Positions 17,915-29,100 of a DNA stretch of 64,000 bases are shown here, piece by piece. The translations under genes and the position numbers were made by a program. How positions within the stretch are numbered: position 1 is the stretch's first letter; each line of letters opens with the position of its first letter. The notes beneath the pieces were generated by a model. The model was given only the letters and a program-made list of their open reading frames with translations. It searched no databases and was not told the origin of the DNA. The DNA is from Candidatus Lloydbacteria bacterium RIFCSPHIGHO2_02_FULL_50_18 (GTDB taxonomy: Bacteria; Patescibacteriota; Minisyncoccia; Phycocordibacterales; UBA6899): contig MHLM01000004.1 in assembly GCA_001821395.1 (NCBI GenBank), positions 1 to 64,000 on the forward strand, written 5' to 3'.

Positions 17915-18373
17915 TTATCGAGTTATCGGTGTATTGATAATTTGTCGACTTAGCTCCTCCGGGCGAAGCTGTAACGACGCTGCGGTAATGCTCCCGTCGG
18001 GGTTTGCCTTACCGGTTACTATTATACTCTTTCCTGCCGAAAGGTCAGCCACAGACCCTGCGGCCATCAGGGTGATCGGTGTTGTCGAGGAGTAGAACAC
18101 GATTGTTGAGCCGCCACCTTGCGGTCGCACGGTAAGACTTTGTGCGTCGATATTGATGATCTCTCCACCTGAAAATCCTCCACCAGTTCGCGCGCCGCGC
18201 ATTCCGCCGGTTATACTCTGACCGACCTCTCGGTTGCCGTTCCACATACCCCCGCTTCTCGCGTTCGTAGTGCTTTCGGGAGATGTACTCTTTTTTGTGC
18301 CGATGTAATACCCTCCGCTGCCGAAAACAAGCGCACACAAGACCATTGATACGATATATTTTTGATTGTTCAT
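17915..18373 (-). CDS. secreted/membrane-anchored Gly-rich hypothetical protein
   Basis: N-terminal hydrophobic segment; start trimmed to MNNQKY. Confidence 0.4.
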   Translation of the reverse strand: MNNQKYIVSMVLCALVFGSGGYYIGTKKSTSPESTTNARSGGMWNGNREVGQSITGGMRGARTGGGFSGGEIINIDAQSLTVRPQGGGSTIVFYSSTTPITLMAAGSVADLSAGKSIIVTGKANPDGSITAASLQLRPEELSRQIINTPITR

Positions 18374-18412
18374 AAATTTTTTAACAGTAATGATATTTTT
18401 CACGAAGATCGA

Positions 18413-19639
18413 TCACTCATAACGTAGCGCTTCAATCGGATTCAGTCTCGCCGCGCGCTGCGCAGGATAGTATCCAAAGACGATGCCAATACCGGCCGAC
18501 ACTCCGAATGCCAAGAGTACCGAAGTGAGGGAGATCGATGTTTGGATAAGGCCAAGCGAACTAAACGCATAGGCGATGAGCCAGCCGAGGATGACACCGA
18601 GAAGTCCGCCAATGAACGTGAGTGCGACCGCTTCGGCAAGAAATTGTCGACTGATATCGGCACGCTTCGCTCCGATAGCTTTTCTGAGTCCTATTTCTTT
18701 TGTCCGCTCAGTGACCGTGGTCAACATCATGTTCATGATGCCTATCCCTCCCACAACGAGTGATATGCCTGCGATTGCAGAGAGGAGTAGCGTAAGTGTG
18801 GTCGTAATGCTTGATGCACTTGAGACGAGGTCCGCCTGATTTAATACACTAAAGTCCGCCATCGTGGGGTCAGTGATCTTGTGTCGCTCTGAAAGCAGCG
18901 CAGTCACGCTTTCCTGTATAGCGGTCATCGAGGCAGAGTCCGGTGCCTGGATACTTATGGTGCTCACATAAGAACCACCGGCTAATAATTTCTGAGCACT
19001 CGAAATGGGAATAAATATCATGTCATCCTGACTCCCGAACCCCGAACCACCCTTTGATTTTGTGACTCCAATGATCTTAAATTCCATCCCTTTAATGCGA
19101 ATGGTCTGACCGACGACACTGCCTGCGTCAAGGCCAAAAAGGTCGTCTCGTGTGGTGGGACCAAGTACGGCAACTTTTGCCATGCTTTGAACTTGCCCCG
19201 TACTGATAAAGGAGCCGTCATCAATTTGTATATTGCGTACATCAGGATATGCGGGGACCGTACCAACGATAGAGGTGTTCGTGTTTTTCCCTTTCGTCGT
19301 GACTTGATATCTTCCCGTGGTTTCCGGTGCAACCGCTTGTGCTGCGGTGATCGTGGCGGTTATTGCCTCCGCATCCGCTTGGGTGAGTGTGCGTGCGGTG
19401 CCGCGCCCCGCGCTTACTTGAAATCCCGGACTGCGTTGCTGTCCAGGCGAAACGATGATCAAGTTGGAACCGATCGATTGAATGCTTGCTTGGATCGTTC
19501 CCTGTGCACCTTGCCCGATCGAGATCATCGCAATAACCGAACTGATACCGATGACGATACCAAGTACGGTAAGCCCGGAACGGATCTTGTTCGAGGAGAG
19601 CGCGATGTAGGTTTCTTCAAAAATGTCTTTGTATTTCAT
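18413..19639 (-). CDS. ABC transporter permease (MacB/FtsX-type, 4 TM with large periplasmic loop)
   Basis: Topology and C-terminal FtsX-like TM cluster; adjacent to MacB-type ATPase. Confidence 0.8.
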   Translation of the reverse strand: MKYKDIFEETYIALSSNKIRSGLTVLGIVIGISSVIAMISIGQGAQGTIQASIQSIGSNLIIVSPGQQRSPGFQVSAGRGTARTLTQADAEAITATITAAQAVAPETTGRYQVTTKGKNTNTSIVGTVPAYPDVRNIQIDDGSFISTGQVQSMAKVAVLGPTTRDDLFGLDAGSVVGQTIRIKGMEFKIIGVTKSKGGSGFGSQDDMIFIPISSAQKLLAGGSYVSTISIQAPDSASMTAIQESVTALLSERHKITDPTMADFSVLNQADLVSSASSITTTLTLLLSAIAGISLVVGGIGIMNMMLTTVTERTKEIGLRKAIGAKRADISRQFLAEAVALTFIGGLLGVILGWLIAYAFSSLGLIQTSISLTSVLLAFGVSAGIGIVFGYYPAQRAARLNPIEALRYE

Positions 19640-19650
19640 ATGTGCATTGC

Positions 19651-20340
19651 TTACTGCTTGTGCGTGCGTTCAACCTCAGCGATCTTCCCGTCTCGAATAT
19701 AGACGATCCTGTCCGCATGCTCTGCCACCTCCTGTTCGTGGGTAATAATGATGATCGTCCGTCCTTCATCACGATTCAATCTTTGAAATGTCTCAAGTAC
19801 AATCTCACCGGTTTTGGTATCGAGATTCCCCGTTGGTTCATCGGCCAAAATGAGCGTCGGATCGTTTACGAGTGCACGAGCAATGGCCACGCGTTGGATC
19901 TGTCCGCCGGAAAGTTGATTTGAAAGATGTGTAAAATGTGTCTCATCAAGTCCTACCGACAGGAGCGCTTTTCGTGCGCGAGCATTACGCTCTTTTCCTT
20001 CGACTCCTTCATAAACGAGCGGAAGCATGACATTGCGCAGCACAGTAGTACGAGGGAGAAGGTTGAACGACTGAAAGACAAATCCGATATGTTCACGGCG
20101 TATGTCCGCAAGTTCATCGTCGGAAAGCGTCGAAACATCCTTGCCATCAAGTGTGTATGTTCCTGATGTTGGCGTATCGAGTGCCCCGATAATGTGCATG
20201 AGTGTTGATTTTCCAGATCCGGACGGACCCATGATCGCGACGAATTCTCCGTCTTCGACACGAAAACTGACGTCACGGAGCGCTTCGTACGCACCCTCTC
20301 CGGTACCATAGCTTTTTGAGATATGTTGTAAGTCGATCAT
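19651..20340 (-). CDS. ABC transporter ATP-binding protein (MacB/LolD-type)
   Basis: Walker [10 protein letters not shown], signature LSGGQ, Walker B ILADEPT; start set to MIDLQH (track ORF has a 91-aa extension that overlaps the upstream gene). Confidence 0.9.
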   Translation of the reverse strand: MIDLQHISKSYGTGEGAYEALRDVSFRVEDGEFVAIMGPSGSGKSTLMHIIGALDTPTSGTYTLDGKDVSTLSDDELADIRREHIGFVFQSFNLLPRTTVLRNVMLPLVYEGVEGKERNARARKALLSVGLDETHFTHLSNQLSGGQIQRVAIARALVNDPTLILADEPTGNLDTKTGEIVLETFQRLNRDEGRTIIIITHEQEVAEHADRIVYIRDGKIAEVERTHKQ

Positions 20341-20341
20341 G

Positions 20342-22129
20342 TTAGTTGCGAAGCGCCCGTGTCGCACCGCCACCGCCGCCAAAGAGACTCGGTGCAGCAG
20401 CGGTCGCCGCTGTCGGCGCGATCGTCCTCGTGACGACAAGTGCCCCTTCGGTGATCCCGGATACGATCTCTGTAGTTGTATCATTTGACATTCCGATCTC
20501 AACGACCTGCTCTCGCGGACTAGTCTTACTGGGGACACCTTGAGCATCAGACACTTTCGTTTCCGAATCAATGATAAGGACATAAGATGCGTTTCCCCGT
20601 GACTTGACTGCACTCGCGGGAATGCTTAAAACATCTTGCTTTACATCGGTGATGACCGCTGCGTTTACCGTCATTCCCGACTTTACGCGTTCGTCTTGCG
20701 TGTCAAAAGATATTTTCACATTGTAGGTTACCACTCCCTGTGAGACGGTTCCCATAGTATCGATCTCCGCGACATTTCCGGCGATCGAAAGTCCCTCTAT
20801 CGCATCAAAGGTCAGTGTCGCCTTTTGTCCGACCGCTATTTTTGCGGCATCGACCTCATTCAGTGATATCTCTGCGATCTTTTGCTTGGTGATGAGTGTG
20901 GCGATCACTGTTGCTGAAGAAACGCTGTCGCCCTTTTTGCTGTTCAGTTTTGCGATCGTTCCATTGAATGGCGCACGAAGGTAATAATCAGCAAGTGCGT
21001 TCTTTGCATCCTGGAGAGTTGCGTTACGCTGGTCTACCGTGAGCTGCGACGAGCGCAGGTCGAGCGTGTCCGTACCCGCTTTCAGTTTTGCGAGCGATTG
21101 TGTGCCTTCATCAATTGATCGGGTCGCATCAATGATGGCATTTTTGTCATTCTTTATCGTTGTCGCCATTCCAAGAAGATCTGTGAGTAGGGTATTCGCC
21201 TTTCCCGTGTAGCTGTTTAGGGTCGCGAGTTGTGTGTCCGCAAGCGCGGGAATCTTTTTGTTATTCTGCGTCATCTGGTCTTCAAAGAATTGAATGAGAT
21301 TATTCGCGCTTTTTACCGCATCGGATATTGCGAGCGCCGTGTCATAGGTCTCAGTGATGAGTTCTTCTATGTTTGCGGGATCACTTGTGCGGGTCAGTGC
21401 CTTGAAGTCTTGAAAATTCTTGTTGTATTTCGCGAGGGCGATTTGATACTTAGTAGTTGCTTCGGTTCCATAGGTTGCGCCACGTGCATCAAAGATCGAC
21501 GCAGTGCCTGCATAATAGTCGACATTGTTCACGTTGGAGCCGCCAAGCTGTGAGTTTGGCAGATAGAGGAGGTCATGAAGACCGGTGATCATGACTGGAA
21601 GGTCAAGAAAAGCATTGGAAATACTGTTGAATCCGTCATCATATGCTTTTGTAAGGTCATCTTCCGCATTTTGTTTCGAGTTTATCGCACGGGCGAGTGC
21701 ATTCTCTGACTGGGTCAATTCCAGTTGGTCCGGAGGCTGCTGCAATTTTTCTAATGACAGTCGCGCCGTTTCAAGACTGATTGCGGCATCCCTGACCGCT
21801 TTTTCTGCATCCGTGGCATCGATCTGTGCAATGAGTGCACCCGCCTTCACCCCCTGTCCGCTCGTTGTTACCCCGAGATATACAATATCTCCCGAAACTT
21901 TTGGTTTAAGGTCGATCTGATTCACCGTCCCCACTTGCCCTGAACCGGTCACTGACGAAATGATCGTTTGTTTTGTTGCCTGGCCTATGACGTAGCGTGT
22001 CTCGGCGGCGGTCGAGGTGAGTGACACATATTCCTTGTACCCTCCGTAGCAAACGACGAGCAGAATGACGCCGCTTAAAAGCTTGTGAACAAGTATGAAA
22101 TTCTTTAGCGCGATCAGTTTGGTGTTCAT
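20342..22129 (-). CDS. efflux periplasmic adaptor (HlyD/MacA membrane-fusion family) with very long coiled-coil hairpin
   Basis: N-terminal TM anchor, beta-barrel/lipoyl-like segments flanking ~300 aa coiled coil, C-terminal Gly-rich tail. Confidence 0.75.
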   Translation of the reverse strand: MNTKLIALKNFILVHKLLSGVILLVVCYGGYKEYVSLTSTAAETRYVIGQATKQTIISSVTGSGQVGTVNQIDLKPKVSGDIVYLGVTTSGQGVKAGALIAQIDATDAEKAVRDAAISLETARLSLEKLQQPPDQLELTQSENALARAINSKQNAEDDLTKAYDDGFNSISNAFLDLPVMITGLHDLLYLPNSQLGGSNVNNVDYYAGTASIFDARGATYGTEATTKYQIALAKYNKNFQDFKALTRTSDPANIEELITETYDTALAISDAVKSANNLIQFFEDQMTQNNKKIPALADTQLATLNSYTGKANTLLTDLLGMATTIKNDKNAIIDATRSIDEGTQSLAKLKAGTDTLDLRSSQLTVDQRNATLQDAKNALADYYLRAPFNGTIAKLNSKKGDSVSSATVIATLITKQKIAEISLNEVDAAKIAVGQKATLTFDAIEGLSIAGNVAEIDTMGTVSQGVVTYNVKISFDTQDERVKSGMTVNAAVITDVKQDVLSIPASAVKSRGNASYVLIIDSETKVSDAQGVPSKTSPREQVVEIGMSNDTTTEIVSGITEGALVVTRTIAPTAATAAAPSLFGGGGGATRALRN

Positions 22130-22134
22130 AGAAA

Positions 22135-22650
22135 TTATTGGGCTACGCTCGAAGTCGATTCGGTCGCGCTTATTGATTGGTTGGGACGAGTAAATTCCGG
22201 TGGTGGCGGGAGGATGCGAATGAGACGAGCGACGATCTCCCCATGCTCATTCGGGGTTCCGATCACAACGATATATTCATCGAGCGCAAGCTCCGAGGCT
22301 GATGCCTCATCACGAAGGCGCCTTACTTCCGTGCTTTGATCGGTCGTAATGACCTTTTCGATATTGTCCGTTCCGAGCACGGTTATCGTGGGGAGGGAGA
22401 GTTTGATGATGCGCCCAATGGCACCGTGCGCATTAGGAAATCCACGGTCTCCCATCATCCCGATCCCCGGTCCGCGCGGAGCGTCTCCGAATGCGCGATA
22501 ATAATCCTCACCCATGTGATAGGAAAAACCCGCACGGTGAAAACCGACGGAGATACCGGCTTGGAACACAGCAAGGAGGATGACGAGTGCTCCGAGGACG
22601 AGCATGACGAGCGTGAATTTTTTGGAGCGTGCGAATTGTTTGATATTCAT
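22135..22650 (-). CDS. membrane-anchored hypothetical protein
   Basis: Start trimmed to MNIKQFARSKKFTLVMLVLG (signal anchor). Confidence 0.4.
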   Translation of the reverse strand: MNIKQFARSKKFTLVMLVLGALVILLAVFQAGISVGFHRAGFSYHMGEDYYRAFGDAPRGPGIGMMGDRGFPNAHGAIGRIIKLSLPTITVLGTDNIEKVITTDQSTEVRRLRDEASASELALDEYIVVIGTPNEHGEIVARLIRILPPPPEFTRPNQSISATESTSSVAQ

Positions 22651-22660
22651 AGTGGGATAG

Positions 22661-23068
22661 TTAGATGAATTGATGAGTAAAAAATGCACCTGAATTCTTT
22701 GCTGCCAGCCGGAATGTCTGCAGCATGGTAAGTAGCGCTAGCAGAATGAGCGTGAGTCCAAGCAATGGAAGCGATTCAACGAGTGTGACGCTGAATTCCC
22801 GCCAATATGAAAGCACCGCGCCGCTGTCGGAGAAGAGGAGTGAAGCATAGTCGATAAATCCCGACTCAAGCATTTTTGCCGAAGTAGATGAGACAAGAGC
22901 GAAGAGTGCTACCCCCGATGCGAAACCAAATGCGGAAAATAGTGCAAATTTGATGCGCATGATGCGCAGACGTGCTTCGTCTATCCGTGCGATCACCGAC
23001 TGATGCAATCCTAAGGGTGCCCTCACTTTTGAAAGCCGCCGAAAAAGCTCCTCATAATTTTGTTTCAT
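22661..23068 (-). CDS. putative anti-sigma factor (membrane protein immediately downstream of ECF sigma)
   Basis: Gene order; N-terminal cytoplasmic helix then two TM segments; no sequence family confirmed. Confidence 0.4.
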   Translation of the reverse strand: MKQNYEELFRRLSKVRAPLGLHQSVIARIDEARLRIMRIKFALFSAFGFASGVALFALVSSTSAKMLESGFIDYASLLFSDSGAVLSYWREFSVTLVESLPLLGLTLILLALLTMLQTFRLAAKNSGAFFTHQFI

Positions 23069-23119
23069 AAAAAGTATACGTGCGAGCAGTTATTTTGGGT
23101 GCACAAGAGGGGGAGGGAG

Positions 23120-23692
23120 CTACGTTTGTGATGGAAGGAGGAGTGCGCGGAGTTTTTCCACGGCGCGTCGTTGTTGGCTCTTCACGGTGTTCCTCGATTT
23201 TCCGAGCATCTCGGATATTTCTTCGAAGGTAAGCCCTTCTTCATAATGGAGTGTGAGTACTTCGCGTTCTGCAAAGGAGAGGATCGCGAGGGCGCGACCG
23301 AGTTCTTCCCCAAGTTCTTTCCGTGCAAAGAGTTCGTCGGGGAGTGGCTCGGGGTCTTTGGTCGTGTCGAGGATCGCGTTGCCTCCCTCGGCACTATCAA
23401 AATACGATAATGGTACGCCTTTCTTTTTGCGCAGGATGTCGACCGATGCATTATGTGCGATGGCGAGGAGCCACGTAAGAAAACGCCGATTCGTATCATA
23501 TGAGGCAAGGCGCTTCCACGCATTGATGAATACTTGCTGTGTCGCGTCTTCTGCAGTATGCGGGTCTCCCGAGAGGCGCAGGGAAAACGCATACACCGCG
23601 TCAATGTACTTTTCGACGAGTTGCGTGAATGCATCCTCGTCACCTTTCAGATATTTTTTTATCAAAATACCGTCCTCGTCGTTCATTCCCAT
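23120..23692 (-). CDS. RNA polymerase sigma factor, ECF (sigma-70 group 4) family
   Basis: Region 2 FINAWKR...FLTWLLAIAHN and region 4 LTFEEISEMLGKSRNTVKSQQRRA. Confidence 0.85.
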   Translation of the reverse strand: MGMNDEDGILIKKYLKGDEDAFTQLVEKYIDAVYAFSLRLSGDPHTAEDATQQVFINAWKRLASYDTNRRFLTWLLAIAHNASVDILRKKKGVPLSYFDSAEGGNAILDTTKDPEPLPDELFARKELGEELGRALAILSFAEREVLTLHYEEGLTFEEISEMLGKSRNTVKSQQRRAVEKLRALLLPSQT

Positions 23693-23945
23693 AAGCTAAG
23701 CATGGAATGAGCATGAGCGAAAGAAGAGCAGGCCTGAGTTCAACAATCAATTGCAACACTTGTGTGAGCGGTCGGTTATTAGAGGGGTGTTCATATTTGT
23801 GCTCCGATCTGTCTTTTGCTGTGCGGTGTTTATATTGTCTCCCTCTCTATATACAGAGAGATGGGGGATGAATATCCGAGCGGTTTTTGAACGTAAAAAG
23901 CATGATCATCGCCCCAAAGTATCGACTGTGATAAAATAAAGTATA

Positions 23946-25445
23946 GTGAATAACAAAGAACCCATCACCAGATCGAGAGATATGGCGCAGGCATCCGCAT
24001 CAGGCGCAGGTGCGGGTAGTGCGCATGCCAGGCACAGTCTGTCAAAAGTAGGACTGCTGAGAAAATATCTGACACTGGACGGGGACGAACCGAGTTTGTT
24101 TCGTCCGGTGCTGATCCTCTTCATTCTGCTGGTAAGCACCTTTGCGGTTGAACTTGGTGTCATGTTTCTGCCGTTATTCTTCTCGCTGTCACAATTTTGG
24201 GTTAGCGTGATAAGTGCGCTACTCCTCGTTGTCGTAGTGTATCCGCTGCTTATCAAATTTGTCTTCAGGGTGTTGGTTCGAGAAAGAACGGATGTGCAAA
24301 AAATAAAATGTATCGCGGAGGGCGCGTTCGAGAATCTCGTTCGCGAGGAATTACGCTACGAAATGATGGCAAAAGATCTGGAGAAATTCAAATTAGCCAT
24401 GGACAACGTTTCTGATCAGATCATTATCACCGATTCAGAAGGAATGCTGTCCTATGTTAATAAGTCGACAGAAATAATAACCGGAAAATTGCTGGAAGAC
24501 GTGATAGGAAAAAAGGCCGGTGTGCTCTGGGGGGCACCCATGACGACCGCCTTCTACGCAAACATGTGGGACACGATCAAGAAAGAAAAAAAAGTCTTCA
24601 GTGGAGAGATCCAAAATAAAAACAAAGAGGGAAAGCTCTATACCGCGATGATCAATATTTTTCCCGTGCTCGATAAAAAAGGCGAGATACTTTTTTTCGT
24701 CGGCGTAGAGCGGGACATCACGAGAGAGAAGGCGCTTGATCGGGCGCAGATCGAATTTCTGTCACTGGCGGCACACCAGTTGCGTACTCCGTTGACCGGT
24801 ATCGAGTGGACGGCCGATCTCTTTATGCGCAAGGAGCAATTGAGCGAGAACGGAATGAAATATCTTGCTGATATCCGATTTTCTGTGCAACGATTGAATA
24901 CGCTCGTCAGACTGTTTTTGAATTCCTCTCGCTTGCAGGGAGGAAAGCTGCGCGTCGAACCGCGGCCGGTTGAGGTGGTCGGCTTTGTCAGCGCTTTTCT
25001 TTCACGGTATGCGGTGGTGCATGAGAAGAAGCAGCTTCACGTTGCTTTTACGGAGCATCCGGAGAAGTTGGTCGTCATTACCGATCTCAACATGTTCGAG
25101 CAAGTCGTTCAGAATCTCATCGGGAATGCGATCGATTATACCCCGGCGGGTGGGAGTGTCACCATTGCGATCAAAGAAGAAAAGGATGACTTTCTCTTTG
25201 AGGTTCGCGACACGGGTATTGGTATCCCTGCGATCGAACAAGCACTGATCTTCGAACGGTTTAAGAGAGCAAGCAACGCGATCAGATCAAAACCGGATGG
25301 TAACGGAATGGGGCTTTACATCGTCGCGGAGACGATAAAACTCTTGGGCGGAAGGGTCTGGTTCGAGTCGACGGAGGGCGTGGGATCGACTTTTTACGCA
25401 AAAATCCCGCTGCGTGCTACAGAGATAGATACGAGGAAGTCATAA
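23946..25445 (+). CDS. sensor histidine kinase (2 TM, PAS domain, HisKA + HATPase_c)
   Basis: H-box AAHQLRTPL, N-box GNAIDYT, G-boxes DTGIGI and GMGLYIV. Confidence 0.85.
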   Translation: MNNKEPITRSRDMAQASASGAGAGSAHARHSLSKVGLLRKYLTLDGDEPSLFRPVLILFILLVSTFAVELGVMFLPLFFSLSQFWVSVISALLLVVVVYPLLIKFVFRVLVRERTDVQKIKCIAEGAFENLVREELRYEMMAKDLEKFKLAMDNVSDQIIITDSEGMLSYVNKSTEIITGKLLEDVIGKKAGVLWGAPMTTAFYANMWDTIKKEKKVFSGEIQNKNKEGKLYTAMINIFPVLDKKGEILFFVGVERDITREKALDRAQIEFLSLAAHQLRTPLTGIEWTADLFMRKEQLSENGMKYLADIRFSVQRLNTLVRLFLNSSRLQGGKLRVEPRPVEVVGFVSAFLSRYAVVHEKKQLHVAFTEHPEKLVVITDLNMFEQVVQNLIGNAIDYTPAGGSVTIAIKEEKDDFLFEVRDTGIGIPAIEQALIFERFKRASNAIRSKPDGNGMGLYIVAETIKLLGGRVWFESTEGVGSTFYAKIPLRATEIDTRKS

Positions 25446-25534
25446 GGTTAGTTAATAACTAGCTTGAGTAAATAAATGATCGTTGTTAAAATGAACCCGT
25501 GTGAGCAAGACGGTATTAACGGAACGATCGCCTA

Positions 25535-25957
25535 ATGAATAAAAACCTTATGAGTATGCAAACGATAGTACTGGTGGAGGACGACGAGATACTCGCTGAG
25601 GTGCTTGCGACCGAGCTCAGTGATGCCGGTTTTAAAGTTTTTCGGGCATCTGACGGAGAAGCCGGTTTAGCGTTGGCAAAAACAAAGAACCCGGACCTTG
25701 TCTTGCTTGATCTCATCCTCCCAAAGAAACATGGTTTTGAGGTGTTGGAGGAACTTAAGGGTTCTCCTGATACCCATCACATCGCTATTATCGTACTCAC
25801 ACTGCTCGGTGAAGACGACGACATAAAAAAAGGACTCAGTTTGGGTGCCGATGACTACATCGTTAAATCCAGTCATGCGGTGGCCGAAATTGTAGAAATG
25901 GTAAAAAGTTTTTTGTTAAAGAAAAATGCAACACCAATCCTTAAAAAGTCGAAATAA
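25535..25957 (+). CDS. single-domain response regulator (receiver only)
   Basis: VLVEDDE, phospho-acceptor LLDLILP, K in DYIVKS. Confidence 0.85.
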   Translation: MNKNLMSMQTIVLVEDDEILAEVLATELSDAGFKVFRASDGEAGLALAKTKNPDLVLLDLILPKKHGFEVLEELKGSPDTHHIAIIVLTLLGEDDDIKKGLSLGADDYIVKSSHAVAEIVEMVKSFLLKKNATPILKKSK

Positions 25958-25990
25958 TAATTCTCGTCATCTTCATTGTCGGATGCGATC

Positions 25991-26046
25991 GTCATCATTA
26001 CCGATGGCGTTTTCGACGATCGTGCTCTTTTTTTTGTTTTCTTTTT
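25991..26046 (+). terminator. hairpin (cgatcgtc ... gacgatcg) followed by long T-run after the response regulator gene
   Basis: Read directly. Confidence 0.4.
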
Positions 26047-26128
26047 TTGTGCATACGAGTAAGTCACCTTTTTATCCTTACTGCTCACACTCATGAACAC
26101 CATTCCCTGCTATCCCGAACCTGAAGGT

Positions 26129-29100
26129 ATGAAAAAGAAGATCAGCGCATTTTCTTTTGCGATACTTTGTGCGGTGATCCTTTTTTTTGGTGGGGCGAAC
26201 ACCGCCATGGCCGCAGCAAGAGTGGCTTCAGTCTCTGGTAATTGGAGTAGCACTGCGACATGGGGTGGATTGTCGGTGCCGACTTCTGCGGATACTGTCA
26301 CGATCAATAGTGGTATCACGGTCACGATAGATATTGCAGCAGCCGCCAGTACACTTACCTTTGCTGCAGTCACTACAAACAGTGCGGTAAACATAAGCGG
26401 GACAAACTCGCTTGCGGTAACCGGCCTAGTAAGCATGCCGAGACCATCGACTGGTCGAACAGCAACAATTGCTGTGGGTGCGGGGACATTCAATGCGGGC
26501 TCTCTCACGATGAGTGCGACGACCCTGGGGCGGAATGATATTTTGAGTATTTCGACCGGAACGGCCACGATAGCCGGAACGATCACTACCGGAACTACTG
26601 GCTGTCAACTGACTCTTACCGATGCCGGGACGCTGAATATCGGTGGCAACTTCACCAGTACTCCGACGCTCACGACATTTACCGGTTCTATGGTGAACTA
26701 CTATGGCAATGCCACGCAAACTATTCGACCGATCATCTATAGCAATCTCACACTCTCAGGTGCAGGCACAAAAAATTTTCCTGCAGCTGCAACGGTAAAT
26801 GGTAATTTGACTTTGAGTGGAACGGTAACGTCGACAACAGCCGCGGCAGAGATCATTGGCGGAAATCTTGACGTGGGTGCAGGGGCTACTTTTCGTACGG
26901 GAACAACGAACACTTGGACGCTTGGTGTGACGGGTACCACGAACGTCACAGGAACTCTGACGCTTGCAAATACCGGTACCAAAACATTCACCGGTGCGGT
27001 TACGCTGAATAGCGGTAGCACTTGGAGTGAGACCGGAATTGCTGCGGTGACCTTTAATGATGATCTGACAAACAACGCCACTACTTTTATGGCAAATACC
27101 GGAACGCATACCTTTGGTGGCATAACTCATACGTTAAGCGGTGCAACTACGATAGCGATTCCCGGAACGGCAACTTTCACAGGTCCTTATGCAAATAATG
27201 GAACGCTTACTGCCGCAACGCTCAGCGCAATTGGTGGAACTGCGGTTCTTACCAACAACGGTACCATAACTGTTTCTACTGCCTTGTCAGGAAGTGGCGG
27301 ATTCACTCAGGGAACTATGGGCGCATTGAATCACGGTGGTTCAACGATCGCTATCACCATATTTGAAGCTAGTGCCGTCGGGAATACGGTGAATTATACT
27401 GATGCAGCGCAGACGGTAAGAGCGGTAGCGTATGACAATCTGATCCTTTCCGGTTCTGCTGCAAAATCCATGGCCCCAGGCACTTCAGTTGCCGGTAATT
27501 TGAGCATTGCGCCTACTGGTTCAGCTTCGGCCAGTATTGCGGCAGGTCAAAATATCAGCGTTGACACATTGACACTTGGCGGCGCAGGGAAAAGTGACGG
27601 CACTTGGGGCTCAACCAGCTCTACTGCGACCAATCAGAACAATACCTATTTCGCTCCGACGACCGGCATCCTGACCGTCACGACTGATAGTCGAGTGCCC
27701 CAGGTAGCCCTGACTGCTACTGCCTCTCTGTCGACTGTTTCATATGGCTCGACGTCAACGCTCTCTTCAACGGGAGGATCCGGAACGGGGGCGGTATCAT
27801 TTTCAGTTGGTGCTTCGACCGGGTGTTCGATCACGGGGGGAGCAATTCTGAATGTAACGAATGTCTCTGGCACATGCGCGGTCACCGCAACAAAGGCTGG
27901 TGATGATACCTATAAGCCGGCATCATCGTCACCATTAACAGTTACCTTGACGAAAGCCACCCCAATCCTCTCCGTCACGAACTCACCCGTCACATACAAC
28001 GGTACATCGCAGTCGGCGACCGTGACCGGTTCAGTGTCCGGTACACCAAGCAATATCAAGTATGACGGTTCGGGAACCGCTCCCACGAACGCCGGCACAT
28101 ACGCCGTCACCGCGAACTTCACTCCCGCTGATACTACCAACTACTTCTCCCTCACCGACGCGTCGGCAGGGAGCTTCGTGATCACGAAGGTGACCCCGAC
28201 GCTCTCCGTCACGAACTCGCCCGTTGCCTATGACGCCGCACCTCATGCCGCAACTGTCTCGGGTTCCGTCGCGGGCTCCGCAAGTGCTATCCTCACGGGC
28301 GGTGCCGCATCACAAACGAACGCCGGTACCTATGCCGTCACCGCGAACTTCACGCCCGCCGACACCACGAACTATTTCTCTCTCACTGATGCGTCTGCAG
28401 GGGATTTCGTGATCACCGGAGTGGATCAGACGATAACCCTTGATGCTCTCTCGGATAAAATGCTTGGTGATCCCGATTTTGTCGTCTCAGCTACTTCCTC
28501 TTCAGGTCTGACTGTCTCATTCTCATCGCTTACTACGAGTGTTTGCACAGTGACTGATCCAACGGTACACCTTGTCTCTGTGGGAACGTGTACGATCCGC
28601 GCCGCACAAGGTGGGAGCGGTAACTACAATCCTGCTCCAAACGTAGATCAGTCATTTTCAGTCAATCATCCGGCGACAAAATTCGTCATTCTTCCACCCA
28701 CGGATGGTACAACGGATGCGCCAGTCACTGTTACTATTCAGGCACAGAAAGCGGATAATAATATCGATACCAGTTATCAGGACGATGTGACGCTCGGTAC
28801 CACCGGATCCGCATCGGGTGGCGGACTCGTTGATATCGAAAATGGCATCGGCACGAAGAATATTTCTGACATCATGGCAGAATCGATCACACTTTCGCTT
28901 GATGACTCGGAGCTTACGGGGCTTGATTTCTCATCAACGCAACCGCTCGTGTTCCACGCAGGCGCAACCGCTCAGTTTTCCCTCAGTCACCCTGCGACGT
29001 TGGCCGCAGGAGAGCGGGCACCGTACGTTGTTACTCGTCAAGACCAGTATGGCAACAACACTGCGAGCGCAACAAGCACCGTGTATTTCTTCAGTTCATC

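Noticed and set aside
22661-23068. Confident anti-sigma factor call
   Set aside because: Only positional evidence (downstream of ECF sigma, membrane protein); no recognisable anti-sigma N-terminal motif, so kept at low confidence rather than asserted
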